Assembly: GCA_973895155.1 (NCBI GenBank)
Contig: OZ316895.1
Span: forward strand, 24,495,538 to 24,559,537
Reading direction: 5' to 3'
DNA length: 64,000 nucleotides
Source: Marsupella aquatica
Lineage: Eukaryota > Plantae > Marchantiophyta
A program made the position numbers and the translations under genes. Within the stretch, counting starts at the first letter, position 1. The number at the start of each line of letters is the position of its first letter. This document shows, in pieces, positions 1 to 14,527 of the stretch. The notes beneath the pieces were generated by a model that saw only the letters and a program-made list of their open reading frames with translations, ran no database searches and was not told the origin of the DNA.

Positions 1-2140
1 GTTCTGTACATTGGCTATTGAAGTCACCAATGTGACTCGAATAGAGCCCGTACAATGCCAGAAGAAATAAACCCTCTCGCCGTGGGGAACTACTGGGGAT
101 CTTCTTTGACTGTAATTCCAGTGTATACCCAATTCAATCCTACCGGTAAACTAATATCTCGGTCTTGGATAAGAATGTGATAATCGAAGGAATCAGAATG
201 TCAAACGTGGGCTGCAATCAATATATTCCTTGAGTTTGGTTTGCTCCGTGATTAAGCACAGTTCTCGCTTGATTTGTTAGTTTTCGCATCGAAGAGATCG
301 CCCACCTTCACTCGAACCAAATCTCGATTAAATGGTCTCTGAGAACTCTCATACTTCTAACGGAACAAACTGAGATCGACTATCCTCGCTCGCACCAAAT
401 CTCAAATCTGTTTCCTGAGAACTCTCATACGTCTGGAACGTTGCACAAGCAGCCACGTTCTTAGAGTTTCAGATACCATCCACCGTCGTGACAATTGTTG
501 AAACTTGATTGGACCATCTACATTACGCCATTCACACTCGACATTGGAGCGAAACAGTTGATCCCCTCACGACGAACACGAGTTGTATTGCATTAAGCAC
601 TTCATGGCCAAGGGATCACCAGTGCGGATTCATGTTGCTCTGAACGCGCCCGAGATCGAATATTCGTGAACGCCGATCTCAACATGAGAACTTGCACCCT
701 AGCCCCAAGCGTTCACAATCATGTTCTCGCAATATTCGTACGTGCTGAAACCATTTGTGTGACCTTGTGTGTGGCGATCATGGTACAGTCCTTGAATTAA
801 TAGGACTAGGAACTTAACCACCCCGTGAATTACGCCGCTCCAAAGTCCCTTACAAATATCTGACCGCCACACCAAGAATCGTCACGGGTTACATCCTGCG
901 AAGCACTCCGGGGTCCGCGAGACTCCTCGACGTCCGAAACTGGTGATTCGTAATGTGAAGATGTATGGTGTCGCAGTCATCACCGGACCAAAAACTGTCA
1001 ATCGGAAGTGTCTCTAGCTTCCACAGTAAAGACACAGAAACAAAACCTACGAATCCCTTCAGGAATTCGTTGAGTCAAGGTGGTAAGTTAGACAGAGCCA
1101 GAAAGACAACTGGAAAGGTTGTGGACTGGAGGTGTGTAGTTGGTAAAGCAGAGTAGGAGGGCGACGCACCTTCACCGGTCGCGAATGGGCCAAGAGCACC
1201 GTGTTCCAAAAAAGTGGGATAAGCAGGCAGTAGTTACCGTCAATTCGCTGGAACAGGTGGCTTCTCGATCGATACAACCCGAAACCAAATCCCAATTATC
1301 AGAACTCAATTGCCAAAAATGTGCATCCAAGAGCGTGAATTTCGCATTGGTTGTACCGTCTTTCAAATTTACTGAATGAGTAAGCCCTAATCAAAACAGG
1401 CACAGCCATGCATGCGTCGTTGCTACGAAATGGACACTAACGGTCGTCGCTTCATCATCAGTACGTCATGGTAGTTTGTCGACCAAGCTACGAGCGTGGT
1501 CTTTCGTAGAGATATGCCAGATCCTAGGGAGAACCTTAGCTTTATAGACTCAAGGTAGCCACACAACGACACACTTCTTTCACAACTGAAACCGTGTGCC
1601 CCACAACACCAATCCTCGCGAAGCTACTCCCGGACGTGCAGCGATTGGGTCCTTTCTTACGGATCTGGTCCTTGACAACCCCTAGTTTTTGGGTTTTGAC
1701 TTGAATTTTTCCAATCATGAACAGACCGGGCAAGCCACAGGGAACGACAAAGCCCCGAGTGGACCTTGGAGGTCACCAGTGGTGAGGCCTCGCCAACGAA
1801 GATAACTCCACAATCCATTTGTCACCTTCGCATACTGAGCGTTTCTTGTCGTCAACGTCCCAGCCTCCCCACACCCGCGTTGTTTATTGAAACTTAATGT
1901 TAAGGTCACTGCCCAATCAGCCGCCCCGAGTTAGATTTCTGCAGCCCTGCAGGTATGAGTCGCCCTCTCATTAGGTGATCGATCTACAGGTGATTGCCGG
2001 GAGATTTCCCCGTGTGCCTTTTCCTTTGGCCGTGACCGTTTCTGTACACTCCCAAGAGGTTTGCCTCGGTTGAGCATCAGTTATGGGATTGCAAACGGAG
2101 AACTTCTGTAAGAGGTCCAGGATTACGAAGTTCTTCCGAG

Positions 2141-2289
2141 ATTTGCTTGGTGGGGCCCCAAATGAAAATGTTTTACTTGATAGTACACTTGAAAGTTTGG
2201 GTCCATCTATTCAAGGTAAATCAACTATTTGGATCACTTAGGGGTCCTACCAAGTAAAACATTTTCATTTGGGGTCCCACCAAGCAAAT
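2141..2289. mobile_element. MITE-like fold-back element
   Basis: About 45-bp inverted arms ATTTGCTTGGTGGGGCCCCAAATGAAAATGTTTTACTTG / CAAGTAAAACATTTTCATTTGGGGTCCCACCAAGCAAAT. Confidence 0.75.
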
Positions 2290-4321
2290 TCCTCTCCTTT
2301 GGCAGCAAAGCCATAACTTTCTATTTGACTTTGAAAGCATTTCTTTTGGCCTTGAAAGCATACCCATCTAAAAGAGGACAGACTAACTTTCTTTTGGCCT
2401 TGAAAGCATACCCACTCAACATAGGATAGACTATCAACTCAACATAGGATAGACTATCAACTCACAAATATGGGCCTTGGTAGGGTAGCCACAAGCCGTC
2501 ATACCCAGTGGATCAGGGACCCAGACTAGGAGAGAGAGACAGAAGCAAACCTGCTAGGGCTCAGGAGAACCCAAGACTTCCACCACTGCACCTCAGCCCC
2601 TGCTGGTAATCACACATCAAAATGTGGCTGCATTCATTGATTGAAAGAAAAAAAACTAGGGTTATCACGGTATGCAGGGGTGTCATACATAGTATATGCC
2701 ATATTTTGATGTGCAGTTACCGAGACCCCACCTCAGCCACCCACAGATCCATACCCTCCACACCTATTGCATGTGGAGGGGGGATAGAACATGGGACCTC
2801 TTGGTTCTAGGCTAATCCCCTGGCTAGCTGACCAAAGCCTTAAAGCTATAACTTTATGACTGACCAAAGCCTTAAAGCTATAACTTTATGACTTGCTGTG
2901 GAGCCAATTGAAGACCTGCTGCTTAACCTGTCATAATTTGACAACAAGTCCACATTAAATTTTCAATCTCTGGCAATGGTGCAAACAAACGTCAACTCCA
3001 GGAAAAGAAGGATGATTGTAGTAAGACAAAACAAATTAACAAAATGTAGTCCTTACACCCCGTCAAGCATTGTTTGTCATATCAAAATCACCACCAGGCA
3101 TGTCATGACGTTTTCTGTGAAACTATCTCCATGCCCATGTTTGCACCATTATAGTTGGGAAGCTTTGGCACATAGATTGTTAAGAGTTTGTCCGATCCTA
3201 ACTTGTGGAAATAGTTGTCCTTGTGAAAGCGTTGTCATTTGGTGGGGAGGCTGCAAGGTGAAAATGGACCGGGTTATTGCATGATCAGATGACCATCACT
3301 AAAGTTTTTTCCCCAAAAAACTCGGAACAAGGCCGGAACCCCACCAGCCACCCAATGGACAAGAGCCATCTGGCCCAAGCGGCAGCCCAGCCGGGTGGCA
3401 GAAAGACAAAGAAACACCCTAATCAGGCCAGAAAAGCAATGTGCAGCCACCAGGTGGTGTCCAGCACAGAGTCTCTTTGGATGTTCACCATCATCATTCT
3501 GTCTACACCAAAATATCAAACTTACAGGGTAATCGTAAAGATGGTCCTACTTCAACCAAGGCTGACTCATGTTTGGGGTGGCAGGCAAACAGTCAGCAGT
3601 AGAGGTGGATCCTAGTCTTCATCCAAGTGGTCTCCAAAGGCAACCTATTCAGACCATGGATCTGGGACACACTTCCTCATTGTGCACTATCATTCATCTA
3701 TGGAGAGATTTTAAGCAATTGGACTCTCAGTCTGCTCCCAGGGTTTCAGCACAACCTGAATCTGGTCCGAGACTTTCCTAATTTGTCTGCTTTTCCTAGA
3801 TGTGGTGCACCCCTTGTACATAGTGATTAGATGAGTTTTGGACCATCGAAGGACCCCCAAACTGGGAGTGTTCCAACAAATTACGAGTAAGTGGCAAAAT
3901 TCCTTTCTTTCCATATGTTATTGTGTTGAGCAAAGACAATATTTACAAATGAATGATAAGCTCATAACTATACAACACACAAGTAGTTGACAGAGAGGAT
4001 ATGAGGTTCACCTCAGCTCAATTGTGGGAGTGAAGGGTATGCGTGTGTGGAGTGGGTGTGGATAGGTGAGGATGCCAATGAGTGTGAGAAACAAACAGTC
4101 ACTTCAAGATAATGTAAACCCCTCCTCTTCTAAGAGTAAGAGTGTTGTTTCCTAAATTAATAGTTTGGAGTGACTTGCTTGTCACTAACTAAACCAAAGT
4201 CATTATGAAAGAAACACGAAAGGCCCACAACTTTTTTTAAGGAAATTAATAATTTTCTAGAAACTGTTATGTACTAGAAAAATGACATGTGGAGATAAAA
4301 GTGGGTCCAACATCTGTAAGC

Positions 4322-4531
4322 CAGTCAGCACTGAGGAGAGGGTACAAGTCACTCAAAGCTCTAGGTACTTTATTTCTACTCTAGAAGGGTCAGTCAGCAC
4401 TGAGGAGAGGGTACAGTCACTCAAAGCTCTAGGTACTTTATTTCTACTCTAGAAGGGTTCGGTCAGCACCGAGGAGAGGGTACAAGTCACTCAAAGCTCT
4501 AGGTACTTTATTTCTACTCTAGAAGGGTTCG
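4322..4531. repeat. Tandem repeat, 3 x ~69 bp
   Basis: CAGTCAGCACTGAGGAGAGGGTACAAGTCACTCAAAGCTCTAGGTACTTTATTTCTACTCTAGAAGGG, near-identical three times. Confidence 0.9.
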
Positions 4532-5199
4532 TAAAATCTTCAGCCCAACTCTAAAAAGGAAAGATGAATTATTCTTGTCGATATTACAATCTTTTTGAGC
4601 AGGAAACACATTCAACAAGACTAGCTTTACTTTCTATTGGGGGATCCTCACAACTTTAGTTAGCTTAAAGAAAATTGTTTTGCTAATTATTCTATCAAGA
4701 CACTATAGTCCTAAAAGTTTTTTAATACCATGTGAAGAAGGTTGCTTGAAGTTGGAGCAATCTTATCATGACATCCATATATCTTGCTCTGCAAGACAAC
4801 GTGAGCTCTTAGGTATGGATAGCATACAGAGTTTACACTCCGCTTTACTCAGCTAGACACATTTACAGTCCCCTGTAGCCTTAGAAGCTAAAGACTGTAG
4901 CCTCAAATCCAAACACTCATTTACACTTAATTCAAAAATTCACCTTAGCAGTTGGGTAAAGACCAAGAAAGGAAGCCGGATCTGCTCACAAGTTCCAACT
5001 AATGGGTCCTAAATGTTCAGGTTCTTGGAGGATACATTAAGGTGCTCATTCAAGTGGGCATATCAAACCCCAAGCAGCCCTTTCTTCAAAGTACGACTAA
5101 AACATAAAACCTAACTGAGAAACCAACCACGCTAAACTCACCATGAGATATCAATGGTCAAATATATACGCACTGAAACACTCTAAAATGTAATGGATG

Positions 5200-5360
5200 T
5201 CATTGACGGAATAATCTCGTCAACAAGTCAGTACCATCAACATGATTGTAATCCTCTATCAAATCTAAACACAAGCGCCCACAACTCTATTGCCTTGAAA
5301 CATCCAATGAAATCCATTCAAAAAGACAGGATACAACAAGGTGACCCACAAAAAGGGGGA
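5200..5360 (+). mobile_element. Possible non-LTR reverse transcriptase relic
   Basis: Fragments INMIVILYQ and RIQQGDP (cf. RGxRQGDP) with stops and frameshifts. Confidence 0.35.
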
Positions 5361-6509
5361 CAACATCCATAGGGACTGGAGGCTGAAGAGGCAGGTGGAG
5401 CCTGTGCCAAGATAGAGATTAGAGAAAGCTAAACCCAACTTTAGGCAAGTTGCTGTTGATTTTTTTCTTGAAGTTGACATTTTATATAGATGCTCATTTT
5501 AAAAAAAAGTACTTTATCAGTCATGGAAGTTTTAACTTGATGACCAACTCATGCGTATGCTCTTGGTAAGGGTTGAAAAGCACTGTACTGGTTGAAAGTA
5601 GGAGGGGGGGAAAGCGGGCTGCGTTACTGTTTCATTCATTCCGGAAGAAAGTATGGAATGTGGAACCTCTCTGACCAATTCAAGGATTGAAGCTACTGTA
5701 GACATGGATACCCAATTTGGCAGCTGCAGCGAAATTCTTTAATAGCTGTCACAAGCCAACACAACGACTGCCTTTTACAGGAGCCAAATACATACTCACA
5801 TAAGTCAGCCACTTTTTGCCATGCAATACGTGCCTCTGTGTCATTTTCTTTTATATATCTACTACAGATTACTTCTCGCAGTCATGTTTTTGGGAGGCAC
5901 TCAAAGAAACGGAAAAGGACCAATTTACCATAAAGGGTCGACATGCGGTAAAGGCAAAAGAGGTCTAGAAAGGGCAAACGTCAAACTCAAAAGGAGGGCA
6001 AAATCCAGAAACCAATAAAGATGCAATGATCTACCATGCAATAAATGACAGCTAACCATTCACATCTAGACAGTGCAATAGTCTGGTGAGCTAATGTGCA
6101 TACCTAGTGTGTAGCTGAGTTTGCAAGTGAGACAAGAACCTTCTCTTAATTAAGCAACCTTCTCTTAATTTTAAAGAGGCAAGCCTTAAGACTCCCCTCG
6201 TAGCCTTTCCTTCTTTAAATTTGGTACATTCCAGTACTCCACTTAGTCTAGAGAATGAGTTTTCGATAGTACAGTATTGTCAGAATATCCCCTGAATCCC
6301 CTTTGCATTACTAGGCAGGTCTCTATTTTCATATTTTTTTATATGGTTTTCTTTCCATCGTACCAGTACATAAAGTGTGCTCAAGAATGGGCATGCCTCT
6401 ATATGTTGGCTTTGAAGTAGAATGGTTCCTAAAAGATAAACGACCCCATCTTGTTTCTTATTGTAATCATTTATCTTGTTTTTCTTTACAATGGCCCAAT
6501 GCTACAAGA

Positions 6510-7312
6510 GAAAATGATGCTCCCATGGACCACAAAGTTGGTCTTTTGAAAACCCCATGGACCACATTATCAAACTTTGAGTTTAAGTGTAATAATTTTA
6601 TGTTTATAAACTTAAATATTATATAGTTTTGAGGATGTGCTAGCCCAGTAGGTAAGTTACACTTCCATCAAAGTGACTGAATTTTTGGCCCCCATTTTGG
6701 TTGAGTAATCATGGAAGAATTGCCAAGATATAAATTCTGATAGATTAATCTTCATTGATATATTTTGTTGTGTTAATACGAAATATTAGGGCTTGTATTT
6801 TTTATTACTCCTCGTTGACTCTCTAGTTGCCTTGCATCTGAAAAACTAATTTTTTTTGAAAACTCATAATCATCAAGTTATAAACTGTGTTAGGAATTAC
6901 TTTTAGGTCTAGGTTACAACATGTTACTGTAGTTAGGCTAACCGTATATATGGAGATGTGGTTAGGTTAACCAAGTTGTACACTATATCCTATTAAAGCG
7001 ATGTTTGCTTGGATAAGTGAAACTAAGGCTCATTGTTATGGAGCCACTTGAGAGATAAGGAGAGTTTGCACTATGGATATACTTAGTATGACCGGCGGGC
7101 TTAGAGTTCAGTCCCGAGTTCAGTATAGCTCTCTTGTGTGTTCACGTGGACCTAGCCTCAAGGAGATGAACCATTTATCTCTTGTGGAGACCACTTGTGC
7201 ATTGGAAGTGTCATGGCCTGGGTTTATTGTTGTGAACATTGTTTATACTCAACAACATTAAGCACAAAACTCTCATAGACCACCAAAATGTGGTCCACGG
7301 GAGCACTATGTC
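6510..7312. mobile_element. Degenerate TIR element
   Basis: TGCTCCCATGGACCACA near 6518 is inverted relative to TGTGGTCCACGGGAGCA near 7289. Confidence 0.4.
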
Positions 7313-7462
7313 TGACGTGGTGGTCCATCCAGGTTCACTTTCACTAAAAGATGTCAACAATAAAATTGTTTCAGGCTGCATGCTCCTTTGTCAACACTAT
7401 ATGTAGTACTATGGCTCAGGCTTTGTTGACATTTCATTTTAGTGCAATGTAAAACCCGAAAC

Positions 7463-8038
7463 AAGAGCCCCAAACTGACCGTAATCATCAAACTGTCCCC
7501 CAAACTATTTTAATTACTAAGTTGACCGCTTTTTGAAGGTGGGTTACTCTAACTCATGTTTTTAACCCAAGATTGTTCTGCATTGGTTGCCTGTTGTGTG
7601 GCAAGGCGCTATTGGTCACTCTGAACCCCAGCCAGTTCTATCCTATTAACCTGGGCCGGCTCATTCCTGCTATGACAATTCCGGGAGTATCTGGCTGGCA
7701 AAGGGAAGGAACGGGTGGCCCTCTCATCCAGCCTGCCTTTGTGGGTAAGTTGGTGTGGGGAGGAAGCAGCTGGTCAAGGCTGCCTTTGAGCAATGTGAGG
7801 GAGCCAGTCCATACTCCGTAAATAGTAAAAATGTGAATGACAGCCCTGCAGGTTAGGGTAGAACCAGCCCGGTTCCGCATGGGAGATAGCACCTTGCCAT
7901 GTGGCAGGCAATTAATGCTGAACGACCTTGGGTTAAGTGCAGGAGTTAGAGTAACCCATATTATTCAAAAAGGAGGGTCAACGTAGTAATTAAAATGGTT
8001 TGGGAGACAAATTGATAATTAGTGTCACTTTGGAGCTT
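7463..8038. mobile_element. Mutator-like non-autonomous element with about 90-bp TIRs
   Basis: CCCAAACTATTTTAATTACTAAGTTGACC..TGGGTTACTCTAACTC is mirrored by GAGTTAGAGTAACCCA..GGTCAACGTAGTAATTAAAATGGTTTGGG. Confidence 0.65.
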
Positions 8039-10371
8039 GGCTGATAGCTTAGTAAAAAGCTGTCGACAAAAAACCCACGCAACAGCGAATTTTGAGACCC
8101 GCTGTACACATTAGCTTACGGTGGCATAATTAAGACATGGGAAGAGACAGATTGACAGAATCACTGCCCTCGATGCCGCCAAGAGGCTTACCAAAGTCTA
8201 AACACTAAACTCGTAGGGAGCATGATTGTATACCTCACATTCCCGCTCACATTGTCTGAATAACGAACGTGAACACCGTTGAAAATCAACTCCTCTCAGT
8301 CACTGTTTGTCACTTAGCCTGATCTCGTGGACGTCAGCACTTGCGTGAGAATTTGCTGCAGCACTCAGGCCAGTACAGTGATTTTCTAATTAGTGCACTT
8401 CTGGCCCTCTACAGTCTACAGTATGGGAACACCCTCCACTTCAAGTTTCTATTCATACTCATACTCATACCTCGCCGTCCCATTCCCCACTGAGATTCTC
8501 CCGACTTCATGTTTCTGTTTTAGTACATCGCCGTCCCATTCCCGTACTCAGATTCTCTCAGCTTGAGCGAATTCTCGTCCGGTTGGTGTTCTCGAAAGTT
8601 GTCAACGGGTCCCTTGCACTTACAATGATTGAACCCTAGCTAACTGAACCGCAGCCTCAAGGACCCAGTGACCTTCTTCGATGCATCTATCCAGTATCAA
8701 ACAGTTTGTGAATGACTCGCTGGGTCCATGGTCAGGTACGGCGGAGGGCGGCAAGCCACTGAGAACTTCTGCAGGAGCAATAACAAGACAGTGAGACATA
8801 GGAGCCCACTTCCTTCTCCTCCACCGTGCTCATCCTCTATTCGCACCTTGGTTAGTTTCCGATTTACTGCTATTCCAGCAACGAGTCATACTCTTGCGTG
8901 AAAGCTCATATTCACACAATGGAAATCTTCGAATCCAACTGCCTGATCCAATGAGGAGAGCTGGAAGCTTCAATCTCGTTCGTTTGGCTCCAACCACGGG
9001 GGCTCCAACGGAGTTCATAGACCTACTGCAGCGAAGTTGCCTGGGGTAGTGGGCAGTTGTCTGATCTGCATCCCGATCTGTATCTTAGACAATGTCAATG
9101 GATTTTCAATCATTCAGTATCGGTGATTCCAAGTCAATGACCAGGATGAGTTCGAAAGTCAACATTAGCAGCACCGCCCCTGTGTAATTTGTTCTGTAGG
9201 GTCATTCAGTCAGTTCAACCACAACTCCTAGTCTCCTACTATTTAAGGAGCTGTGGGACAGTAAGGCCATAAAGGAGTATCAAACTTTAGTGAAAGAAAG
9301 TATCGGGGAGGAGAAAGAGGAGAAAACGTGTAAAATTAATTTATTTTTATTCCAAAAAATATGTATTCATTTTTGAAACGGAAAACACCAGGCCATAGAT
9401 CTCCTCCAAATCTTTCATTTGTGCCCTAGATTGCCTTTTTATGTGGGCAAAAATTATTTTTACTAGCCGAAAACAACCAATGGTATAGATTTCAGTAGAG
9501 ACCGAATCAACGGCCAGGAATGCTTGGATTTGTTTTATTTTTCATTTGAAAACTATTCAACCATTTTCAAAACGGAAAACACCCATCCGTAGATCTCATT
9601 GAGATCTTTCATCTGAGCCATAGATCGCCTACTAAAGTGGACGGATGAGATTCACAGAGATGATAAGGGCAAATGGCTCAGATCTCCTCTTCCCCCTGAA
9701 ATCTGAAATTTGAATTCGACCAATCATATTTCACCGTTTGTTTTTTGATATTTTTTCATGAAATATTAAATCTTTTTGTCTCATTTTTTGTGAGACGTAG
9801 ATCTCACTGAGATCTACGGTTTGAGCCATAGATCGGATTGGATGGCATAGGATGGGCGCAGCAGTAAGTAAAAATCGAATGGCTCGGGAGAGGCGCAGCT
9901 GCACTTCCTGATGAAGGGTCACTCGATGCATGTATTAATGAGGACACGTATTAATGAGGACTCCGGGTCATTTGTAGTAGAATTTGCGGTTTAATGACAG
10001 TGTCTTGTGAGGCTTTCACGAAGTTGCAGGTTCAATCATTGGAGGCTACTATCTTCCCCCAAAACAGAGTGCCATAGTGTTGTATTACATAGTGGGCCAT
10101 TGGGTGGTCTATTCAAATAGTGTTGGGGACAGTGTATTCAAGTTTTCATTTTCTGATTCATATTTGGTATTTGCAGGATTAGCCCTTCTCGTGGAACCGT
10201 GTGCTTGATAGTCTTCCATCACACAGCTCTCCAAGAGCCTACTCTCAAATGGGACGTATGCACCTGGAATTTTATGGGGCCTACTCCCGATCGAGTTCTC
10301 CAAACTACACCTGCCTGTAGAGGTGAAAAGGCTGCAAGGTCTAGATTGGAGCTGTAAACTGCACCCCATTA

Positions 10372-10812
10372 GGGCATCTCAAAGCTAGGTCATCAGCAAA
10401 AGTTATGGATTTATGATATATTCCATAACTCAAGTTACGGGACCCAGTTATAGAATTTAAAAAATGGGGGGAGATAACATTGACCCACCCCATAAGGCAG
10501 GAGTTACGGCCTCACCTGTCTCATAGCATATATTGTTTTTTCCACAACTCTTGATCAGGGGCCGTCTCAAATGCAGCAGCGACCACCAGGTCAGGAGCAA
10601 ATCCCACGGTCGTGCCTTCAATCACGGCTTTCCGGAGTTCTGGAGTCCTGGATTTCCACCTAAAGTTCTGGGAAAGTTACGGGTTAAGTGTTGAACCCGT
10701 GGGCTTTCCTTACAGTAACCAAAGATCGACTCCCATAACTTTTATGGGAGTTCCCATAATACTTGAGGTATGGGAGGGCCTTATCTTGTTAAGGCCAAGC
10801 TTTGAGACGCCC
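10372..10812. mobile_element. MITE (TIR GGGCATCTCAAAGCT / AGCTTTGAGACGCCC)
   Basis: Imperfect 15-bp TIRs, each flanked by TA. Same family as 61095-61261 and about 24404-24638. Confidence 0.65.
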
Positions 10813-11310
10813 TATTGTGATTGATGCATTCAATTGATCAGTGGCTAACAAAAGGGATTGACGGGCAACTGTGAACAATGGTCACAAGAAAAGGTGCACA
10901 TGGTTGGATGTTTAGATTGACAGATGAGATCAAATGTTGGTAATTAACCGCAACAGCAAGAGGTGCACTAAATTGACAATATTTAAGTTTGCCAGTTGTT
11001 CTTTTTGGATTTTCATGATGCTGTTTTGTCCTACTGGAGTAAGTTAGCATACTAAGATGCACTAAAAAAGTTTTATAGCCATAATCTTTTCATCTCAAGT
11101 CTGTTTGACTGTTTACGCTGAGATGTATTTCTGTCACTACCAAGCTTGGTGGCCCACTTAAAACTTGAAGACAAATAGATGTCCCAAACTTTATGATGAC
11201 CCTCATCAAAGAAAGAGGTTAAAGGGTACTACTAGCAAAAAAGAGAAAAGTGAGCTAGGATTGCAAAAGAAAGTAGCAGGTGGGAGCCTCAAAATAGAAT
11301 TTGGGGTTAA

Positions 11311-11570
11311 GGGCCATCTTGCATGTCTTTGGTCCTTTGCAAATCGGCCCTAAAATGAACTCGTGTCATGAGTTGAGGCAGCGAGAGGGCGGCAGTCCTG
11401 ATGGAGTCTTTTGTGGAGATACAAGGGCAAGGGCCGGAAAATTTCCGGCTCTTGAGGTCCCGAACCTTTAAAATGTAATAAAACAAAACATTTGCTTTTA
11501 ACTTTTTCCCGGCATCTGTGGCTTGGTAAGGGCCGCAGTTTTCAGGACTCTTGCACATGCAAGACAGTCC
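11311..11570. mobile_element. PIF/Harbinger (Tourist-like) MITE
   Basis: TIR GGGCCATCTTGCATGT / ACATGCAAGACAGTCC with a TAA..TAA target-site duplication. Confidence 0.7.
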
Positions 11571-12915
11571 TAAGTGTTTGCTTAGTTGAGCTTTAACTAC
11601 TAATTAGTTTCCATTTTTGTTGGGATTTAGTTTAGTGTTAGGCACTAATTATTGAAATTTGGTATAAGGTTGACTCAATGGATTGAAGTCTAGTAGTGGG
11701 CACTCTTGTACAAATTTGTTTTGCATGACTTGCATAAAAATATCCAGTGAGGAGGACACGTAGTATATAAGACGAAGACTTGAACCATTCATTCAATCTT
11801 TGATATGTCACACTGTCTGTTGTAAGGCTTTGGGAAGGATATCTATTCTAACGTTGTGGTTATTGTCAAAGCATCACCCCACCCACCCAACCCTCAGATA
11901 ACAAAAATGTAGTCTTCATATCCTGATAGTTGGTGATTTCTTTTCTGTATTTTGAGGGACAGAGTTGAACTGGCCAGTGCCTCAAGGGTCTATGAGGGAA
12001 TATATATGGGGCCCACCGAATGTTTACTTGTAACTATTATTAAAAGTATGAAAATCCCTAGATCTTGAATTAGTGATCTTAGGACATCCATCGGATCTCA
12101 AAGATCTGGCAAATCCTACTACAGCTAAGGCAAAATTTGGCATGTTTTGCTTCATATTTGGCCCCCTTATTTTTCTTTGTATCAACTTGCCAGGATCTTG
12201 AGAATGGAGATTTTGGCAGTATTTAGCAATTAAAAAGTCACCACTAACAATAGTTACTACTGTAGTGCCATCCTGGCTTGCAGAGAAAATAAAAATCCAG
12301 TAGATTCAACGTCTACCATGTTACAAACCTGACTAATAAAATATTTTAGAGTGCTTGTAAAACCTTGAAATAATTTTCCAGCACAAATTTAAGAATGTTC
12401 TGAGCATTTAAGGCAAGCACTGAGTTGTAATGTATGAAATTTTATTGATAAATTAGAGTGTAATAAATACAAGAGAACATGTATTAGCTTCCTTAGCAGC
12501 ATTAGAGCATACATAAGTAGAGTAAAGTATAAATCAGTAGGGGTCCATAAACTATTTATTATCACAGTGCCCAAGGGCAAAAAATGCTCAACCTGGAGAC
12601 ACAACCCAAAGGCAAAGCAACCCAATGAAACTGAGTAAAAGAGGGGAAAGGACCCCAAACTACTTTTCTCTAGTTGTTATCATCAGTTAAAACATTTATT
12701 GTCTAGATCAAAATGAACTCATGAACCAGTCTAATATTAGACTGGAGTTCACCTGTATAATTATATAATATTAATATTGAAGAAAACTCAGCCACTCAGG
12801 CGTTGATCATGATAAGTCGATAGGGTGAGGGTCGTGACTTATTTCATACAGGTGCACCACCTCATGACAACAATCATTGCAAACTTCCTTAGTGCTTGAC
12901 TGCTGTTGTGTCTCA

Positions 12916-13275
12916 GGGCCGTGTTGCATGTATGAGGTCCTCAAAAAATAGTCCCTTTGCATTTCCTAAATTTCAGGGATTTAGATTCTCTTGTCCTGCT
13001 AGGTGTGAGATTTTCTTGTCTTTATTTTCCTTTGTCCTTTCTTGTCCTTGTTGCCTTTGTCATTTTTGGCCCTAGTTGTCTGGTTTATTTTGATCTCAAA
13101 GGACAGGACCTCAAGGGCAGGAAAGTTTCCAGTCCTTGCTTCTCTTTGTATGGCATAAGCCTGCTTGATGAGGAGGTTCCTCCACAAAATTATCAGTCAA
13201 TACTCTAACTGACTAACTATCATATGTGGAGTTCAGGACTGGAAAACTAAGGACCTCACACATGCAAGCTGGCTC
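12916..13275. mobile_element. PIF/Harbinger MITE
   Basis: TIR GGGCCGTGTTGCATGTATGAGGTCC / GGACCTCACACATGCAAGCTGGCTC with a TCA..TCA TSD. Confidence 0.7.
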
Positions 13276-14527
13276 TCAGCTACACTCTCCTGCTTTCAGT
13301 TGCCAATGTTCTCTTTGGCGCCTTCTCCACTTGACATAGTGGCTCTTCTTACAGAAAGATTGTTCTACCCAAGACAATGACACCATCCTATGAGCTGCAG
13401 CAGCTGGACTCTGGTCCATTATTTCTGGCCTCCAACTCTGGTCCAGGTGTTTCCCCCCAGGAGGGCACATCTTATCTAGAACATAACATCCAGCCCGGAC
13501 CTCTCTTGGAGATCCTCTTTAGAGCACCTAGAGAGGGGTTGTGCCGTGCCCCTTCATGGCTTATGATGATCACAGCTGCTTAAAGTTAGTTGGTCTGGGA
13601 CCCCTTTCCTTGGCCTTGGCTTTGTAGTCAATAATTGTGTACACAAGGAATCATGGAAAGGTCCCCAATCAATATTCTTAGCTTATCAACTTCTCATTCC
13701 TTTGATTGCTCTTACATGCCTACACTGTTTACAGTGTCTAGTGCCGTGTTTGCACAATCAATGCTACACCAAATTAGTGTTGGTAACACTATCTGTCACA
13801 AACGTCTGTGCAACCTTCACTTCCAGGAAAACATAACCCTATTTTTCAGCACCTTTGCTTTGGAGAAAGAAAAACTGTACTGGAGCCTGCGCTTAAAGGC
13901 AGGACCAGTCCTTTTTGAACTTATCTAGTTCTGGCTTTTGCTTCATTGATTTTTTTAATTTTATGGGTTACATGTTGTTATACATTTGAGTTCCTTGTCA
14001 AAGAAGTGTTTGTGGACTGTTTTATTCCATTGCATCTATCTGGTGTTACCTTGTTTGAGACGCTTCTCAGGTTAGTTTGCCTTATTGAGTTTCTATTATG
14101 TATTTTATTTTAATTTTCCTTAAACAAGAAGCATCTTTTTATTATTGGGTTTTGAAATTGTTTTTCTGTTCTCTCACTGTTCTTAAATTTCTTCTCTCCA
14201 AAGCCCACCTTAGCCACATATTTATTTTTCAATCTTGCCCTTCTTTTGTTTACTATTTTATACTTACAAAAAATTACCTGAAGTTTTTGTACAAGAGGGA
14301 CATCTCAGGATTTGTTCCTACGATTGTGAGAAAGACAGGCTTCAAGACAATGTCAACCTCTCCCGGTAAACTACGTCTCATGGTTTTTTTCCTAAATTTA
14401 TGATTTTGAATGACTGATGTGTCATTTGCCTTTGGGACCTTGTCTCCCCGGTGTCATTTGCCCTTGGTACCTTGTCTCCCTGTTTGGCGTTTTTGTTTTA
14501 GGCATGGTGAAAATAAACTAAAAGTCA

